A stretch of DNA of 18,655 nucleotides, from sequence record NC_074654.1, one strand, 5' to 3'. Both the position numbers and the translations under genes were made by a program. Of the stretch, positions 15,060 through 18,655 are shown one piece after another (position 1 is the stretch's first letter; every line of letters begins with the position of its first letter). The notes under the pieces were generated by a model, which was not told the DNA's origin, made no database searches, and saw only the letters and a list, made by a program, of their open reading frames with translations.

Positions 15060-16007
15060 ATGCGCAAGATACCCATACCGCTAATAATAGCGGCCGTATT
15101 CCTAGTTGCGGTGGCAATATACATAACCTACACGGTGAACACGGCCGCACCGCCTATATGGACGTCGGCCGCTAACCAGACCATAAACCTGGTGACGCCC
15201 CAGACATATTTCATCTACGGCACGGAGTTCAACAGGGTGGTGGACGGCAAGTCCTTGACCACGGTGAGCCAGCTGGGCTCTAGGCTGGCCACGATAGCCG
15301 TGAACAACACGGCCTATATACCGTGGATAATTGTAAGCGAGTCCAAGGTGTCGGGCTCTATAGGCTCACCCGATATAGGTGTGGGTAGTGCCACGATTAA
15401 TCTGCCCATGCTTCTCGCCATGGCCTACAACGAGAGCCAGCTGGCCAGCATGTACGGCACTAACACCATATGTGTCACGATAAACGGGACGTCGGTGACC
15501 CTCCAGGTCAACCCCTCGGGGGCGCCCGGGTATATCGCGCTAGGCTATGTATTCAAGAACTCTTACAATTATCTATTCGGTCTAGAGGTTGAATACTACT
15601 ACGTGGGCAAGGTCGTGACGGCCAACGGCTTTACTTGGTACATGTACCTACTCGCACCCATGGCCGGAGCCGCGACGGGCAAGATAACGCTATCAACCTA
15701 CGCCTGTAGTTACACCACGTCCTCAGCAATACCGACCGAGGTCACGCAGGTCGGCGTGTCGGGCTATCTACCTTATGTAACTATTTATTATAATTCGGGT
15801 TATTCGGGTTATACAAACTTTAATTTCCAATTCACCCAGGTCGCTAACGTGACCACAAGCACCACGCCCGTGTCGGTGCCGGCTGGGTCGGGCTCTACCA
15901 TATATGGGCCGGGCACAAACCCCATGGTGCTGGGCGTCGCTCTGCCAATGGAGGCCTACGCTTTCCCGGTTAATAACGGTCCGGTGCAAATAACCTATAG
16001 CCCGTAA
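15060..16007 (+). CDS. Secreted/virion beta-rich protein, MRK[IV]PIPL-leader family member 3 (fibre/adhesin candidate)
   Basis: MRKIPIPLIIAAVFL; 5 sequons; TTAATAAA 25 nt upstream. Confidence 0.87.
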   Translation: MRKIPIPLIIAAVFLVAVAIYITYTVNTAAPPIWTSAANQTINLVTPQTYFIYGTEFNRVVDGKSLTTVSQLGSRLATIAVNNTAYIPWIIVSESKVSGSIGSPDIGVGSATINLPMLLAMAYNESQLASMYGTNTICVTINGTSVTLQVNPSGAPGYIALGYVFKNSYNYLFGLEVEYYYVGKVVTANGFTWYMYLLAPMAGAATGKITLSTYACSYTTSSAIPTEVTQVGVSGYLPYVTIYYNSGYSGYTNFNFQFTQVANVTTSTTPVSVPAGSGSTIYGPGTNPMVLGVALPMEAYAFPVNNGPVQITYSP

Positions 16008-16040
16008 CCGAATATTTTTTCTACCTATCAATTTTCTAGT

Positions 16041-16181
16041 ATGTCTCGGAGCGTCCATAGGCTGACTTGGGGCATTGCGGTAGTGCTGGCGATTGCTGGC
16101 CTCCTTGGCTATATCAGCCCGGCCAATGCCGCCCTCCTTGGCCTCCTAGTGGCCGGTGCCGGTGAGCTCTTTGAGGAATAG
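16041..16181 (+). CDS. 46-aa two-TM microprotein MSRSVHRLTWGIAVVLAIAGLLGYISPANAALLGLLVAGAGELFEE (not in ORF track)
   Basis: ATG preceded by ATTTTCTAGT, like the context of gene 15060; clean helical hairpin. Confidence 0.75.
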   Translation: MSRSVHRLTWGIAVVLAIAGLLGYISPANAALLGLLVAGAGELFEE

Positions 16182-16201
16182 GCCGGCCTAACCCACCCAT
16201 T

Positions 16202-16238
16202 TTTTACCACGTTTCGTAAATTACGGGTCGAGGTAAAT
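16202..16238. repeat. Intergenic box cluster 5a
   Basis: N8 boxes 16204-16219 and 16221-16236 joined by CGTAAATTACG; 16202-16224 identical to 5502-5524. Confidence 0.92.
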
Positions 16239-16301
16239 TACCGACCTGCCCGTAGAATACCCCTCGCTTTGGGGCCTCGCCTATCCGGCAAGGCGGAGGC
16301 C

Positions 16302-16370
16302 CTTTACAAATAGAAACGGCTGCCACACGCCGACACCCGGGAATTTAATGCCTTTCAATTGGGGGACTTG
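16302..16370 (-). repeat. Internal 69-bp inverted repeat, copy B
   Basis: Exact reverse complement of 11801-11869. Confidence 0.97.
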
Positions 16371-16393
16371 TCCGGCCTCCTGGAGCCCGTCAT

Positions 16394-16430
16394 TTTTACC
16401 TCGATTCGTAAATTACGAAACGTGATAAGA
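16394..16430. repeat. Intergenic box cluster 5b
   Basis: N8 box 16396-16411 and near-perfect box 16413-16428 (ends ATAA). Confidence 0.9.
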
Positions 16431-16526
16431 TTCAGATATGTAAAATACATATTTCGGCGTGCCGGGCTTTCGGCGTGGCTAGTTGAAAGCTGAGCGGTAC
16501 CCTACATAGTTGAAAGACGTGGTTCA

Positions 16527-16565
16527 TTACACCCGTCGTAAATTACGGGGCCGATAAGTTTAAAT
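16527..16565 (+). promoter_or_regulatory. Promoter of the right-terminal operon with two N7 boxes directly upstream of the TATA
   Basis: TTAC-N7-GTAA 16527-16541, TTAC-N7-ATAA 16543-16557, TTTAAAT 16559-16565, ATG at 16587. Confidence 0.7.
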
Positions 16566-16586
16566 TTACCGGAATTTCCATAACCC

Positions 16587-16877
16587 ATGGCCAAACCAAA
16601 AGTCCACGGAAACTACCCCCGCGAACTGAACACCGTATTCCGGAATACGGGGGTAATGGTCAAGTGCCCCAAGTGCGGGGAGGAGGGCGCGCTAAGGGTC
16701 CACGTAGGCGGCTATCTCGTGGTGAGGCATTGGCACGGTGGGACCCACATGGTGCCGGCCGACCAGGAGGCCCAGGTCCTTAAGGGCGTAATAGACAGCC
16801 TGGTGAGTTTCAAGAAGGTCCTAGATGACGCCATAGCCACTATCCAAGGCGTCGTTGACAAGGCGGGGCATGACTAA
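16587..16877 (+). CDS. Zinc-finger protein (CPKCG..YLVVRH..H) with C-terminal helix
   Basis: CxxC followed by His residues, a pattern common in crenarchaeal mobile-element proteins. Confidence 0.8.
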   Translation: MAKPKVHGNYPRELNTVFRNTGVMVKCPKCGEEGALRVHVGGYLVVRHWHGGTHMVPADQEAQVLKGVIDSLVSFKKVLDDAIATIQGVVDKAGHD

Positions 16878-17244
16878 GGCGTGGCGGGTGGAAATTCTGG
16901 ATTCCATGCCGGACGCGGACATGGTGCTGGCCAGGTTCTACTACAACAACGGCGTGGCTATACGGTTCAAGGCCAAGGCCGACGGTGCGACGTATTCCGG
17001 GACCGTTGCCGTCGTGGCCGGGCGGTTCTACTACAGGGTGAGCAACGGCCGCAAACAGGTCATGTATATCGCCAAGGTGGTGCCGGAGCAATTGACCCAG
17101 CTGGCCCTTATCCTAATGTCGGTGAGGGGGCTGTGCGACTACTACAACCTAATGAAATTCATAGACGGCGTTAAATTCTGCCGTGTGGGGCCCCTTGACA
17201 TATATATAATATGCCCCGAAAGGCCTTGGGCGCCTTGCCTATGA
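16870..17244 (+). CDS. 124-aa hypothetical protein
   Basis: 8-bp overlap with the upstream gene; ATGA coupling downstream. Confidence 0.78.
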   Translation: MTKAWRVEILDSMPDADMVLARFYYNNGVAIRFKAKADGATYSGTVAVVAGRFYYRVSNGRKQVMYIAKVVPEQLTQLALILMSVRGLCDYYNLMKFIDGVKFCRVGPLDIYIICPERPWAPCL

Positions 17245-17621
17245 GGTCCAAATTCCTCCTTCAGCTGGCTGAGGCTGTAAGGGCGCTAGAGCCGCCCTCC
17301 GTGGGCCGGAGGCGTGTAGAGGTCCTTGAGAGGGGCGACGGCTGGATTATGTACAGGGTCGTGTCGGACACGAGTCTGAGGGTGGGCTATGCCAGCTGGC
17401 GCGACGGGCATTACAAGGTATTCGTCATGCTCACCGACTCGTGCGCCTTCTACAATGGCGACGGCCTGGTGACGGGTCACAGGCTGACGGTGCGCGATAT
17501 AGCGGACCTCATGGCCGTGAGGACCCGCGAGGAATTGATGCGGCTGGTGTGGCGGCACGTGAACGAGGCCCTTCAGCATGGGGAGAAAGAGCCGTGTGAG
17601 GGGGTGTGGGTGTTGCCGTGA
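17241..17621 (+). CDS. 126-aa hypothetical protein
   Basis: ATGA-coupled start at 17241. Confidence 0.78.
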   Translation: MRSKFLLQLAEAVRALEPPSVGRRRVEVLERGDGWIMYRVVSDTSLRVGYASWRDGHYKVFVMLTDSCAFYNGDGLVTGHRLTVRDIADLMAVRTREELMRLVWRHVNEALQHGEKEPCEGVWVLP

Positions 17622-17728
17622 GCCGCGACTATATCTTTAGGGTAGAGCTGAGGGTCATTAGGGCCTTGGCCGCGGCGTATGCCCTATTCCTCCTTGCCGA
17701 AATACTTGCGGCCGTGGTGGCGATATGA
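17618..17728 (+). CDS. 36-aa single-TM microprotein MSRDYIFRVELRVIRALAAAYALFLLAEILAAVVAI (not in ORF track)
   Basis: GTGA overlap upstream and ATGA overlap downstream; fills the gap exactly. Confidence 0.78.
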   Translation: MSRDYIFRVELRVIRALAAAYALFLLAEILAAVVAI

Positions 17729-18108
17729 GGCCTATAGAGGGCGTGGTGGTGGACGTGGACTTCGGCCTCTACCGCAAGACCCGCGAGGTGGTCTATTCCT
17801 CGGAGGGCGAGTCGCTCACCAGGGTGGTCCTGGCCGAGGGCGGGTGTCCGTGCGGGTCGGTGGTGCTGGCCTATCGACGCCACGGCCGTAGGTACACGGT
17901 GCTTGAGCTCACGGAGTACGGCGCCCCTAAGCTCACACTGAGGATAGAGACGGACAATAGGCCGTGGCGGGTCCTCCTTAAGACTAGGGTTGAGCTGTCT
18001 AAGGCCCAGGCTGAGGAAATTAGGCGGCGTATGCTGGAGGTGGGGTCGGTGGGCGGCTTCCTGGAGCTCATATACTACGTGGTGGGCGGCCTTGTCTATG
18101 GCCTCTAA
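17725..18108 (+). CDS. 127-aa hypothetical protein
   Basis: ATGA-coupled; beta-rich N-terminal half. Confidence 0.78.
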   Translation: MRPIEGVVVDVDFGLYRKTREVVYSSEGESLTRVVLAEGGCPCGSVVLAYRRHGRRYTVLELTEYGAPKLTLRIETDNRPWRVLLKTRVELSKAQAEEIRRRMLEVGSVGGFLELIYYVVGGLVYGL

Positions 18109-18196
18109 GTCGTGTTGCTTTATCATATGCCGGGGCCCCACGTGCACCAAGGTGTGTCCCTACATATTTATGGGGCTATATTTTGATTGGCCGTGA
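18098..18196 (+). CDS. 32-aa Cys-rich microprotein MASKSCCFIICRGPTCTKVCPYIFMGLYFDWP
   Basis: ATG overlaps the upstream gene end by 11 nt; GTGA overlap with the next gene; 3' part of the track's 17990..18196 ORF. Confidence 0.68.
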   Translation: MASKSCCFIICRGPTCTKVCPYIFMGLYFDWP

Positions 18197-18531
18197 GGTG
18201 GCTGACCCACATTATATGGGGCGTCGCGGCCCTCTCCTTTTTCTCCGTGGACCTGACTGTGGCGGCCGGCATGTCCTTTATCCATACGGCCTTGACCGAC
18301 GTATTCGGCCATACGGGACTACACCGCAATAGGTACCACGACATACTCGCCATATTTTGGGCCGTCCTAATCGCGGGACTCATTAAGAACCCCGCCTTTA
18401 TTGTCCTGGGTCCTTTGCACATAATATTGGACCTAATTTCTCCTGGGAGGTGGGGCGTGAATTGGGCCTACAATTCCCTATTCATAGCCTTGGCCGCGGC
18501 CCTATTAATGGCGAGGGGCGTGCCGATATAA
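18193..18531 (+). CDS. YdjM/DUF457-like membrane-bound metal-dependent hydrolase
   Basis: N-terminal THxxWG, TD..GH..HR..YH and LHIILD.ISPG motifs in a multi-TM protein match the family pattern TH..PD.D..HR..THS..H..LD. Confidence 0.72.
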   Translation: MRWLTHIIWGVAALSFFSVDLTVAAGMSFIHTALTDVFGHTGLHRNRYHDILAIFWAVLIAGLIKNPAFIVLGPLHIILDLISPGRWGVNWAYNSLFIALAAALLMARGVPI

Positions 18532-18554
18532 ATTACGTGGACCTGTAAAAAACC
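18530..18554. repeat. Box cluster 6 abutting the right ITR
   Basis: N8 box 18533-18548; 25-bp exact inverted match to 2584-2608. Confidence 0.9.
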
Positions 18555-18655
18555 CTATTATATAGGGAGCTGAAAGCCGTACATATTCCTCACCTATATG
18601 TGGGGAATTGTCGGGGTTCAACCTCGGGAGGGTTGAATCCCGAGGGACCTGAATC
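18553..18655 (-). repeat. Right inverted terminal repeat (103 bp)
   Basis: Reverse complement of 74-176. Confidence 0.97.

Noticed and set aside
11801-16370. IS or transposon interpretation of the 69-bp inverted repeats
   Set aside because: No transposase or recombinase motif between them and no flanking target-site duplication seen.
2584-16557. CRISPR array interpretation of the repeat clusters
   Set aside because: Units are 15-17 bp, abut each other, occur in both orientations and have no unique 30-45 nt spacers.
853-18422. Numerous long antisense or alternate-frame ORFs in the track (e.g. 853-1311, 857-1270, 919-1389, 3053-3517, 9790-10392, 17629-18150)
   Set aside because: They lie wholly over better-supported genes, lack TATA or coupling support and have Arg/Gly/His/Pro-rich shadow composition typical of GC-rich DNA.
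1-18655. DNA polymerase, primase, integrase, tRNA or rRNA genes
   Set aside because: No PolB, AEP or tyrosine-recombinase motif sets and no cloverleaf-like sequence were recognised; absence by eye is not proof.

Overview
The window reads as an essentially complete linear dsDNA genome of a crenarchaeal virus. It has a 103-bp inverted terminal repeat (74-176 / 18553-18655), about 35 compact genes almost all on the + strand, TATA boxes about 25 nt upstream of ATG starts (leaderless mRNAs, as in Thermoproteales), ATGA/GTGA-coupled operons and roughly 15 predicted membrane proteins. I see no DNA polymerase, integrase or recognisable capsid fold. Size and organisation fit Globuloviridae. From memory, an 18.65-kb length matches Thermoproteus spherical piliferous virus 1 (TSPV1); this is a recollection, not a search result, and needs BLASTN. 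Motifs readable in the proteins: an SF3-type AAA+ helicase, a degenerate CaCA-family cation exchanger, a CxxC thioredoxin-like protein, a CPBP/Abi intramembrane protease, a YdjM-like membrane hydrolase, zinc-finger and putative winged-helix proteins, and three secreted beta-rich proteins sharing an MRK[IV]PIPL leader. Five real-looking micro-ORFs are missing from the supplied track. The most striking non-coding structure is a network of TTAC-N8-GTAA boxes clustered at six operon boundaries. There is also a perfect internal 69-bp inverted repeat bracketing a 4.4-kb membrane/fibre module.
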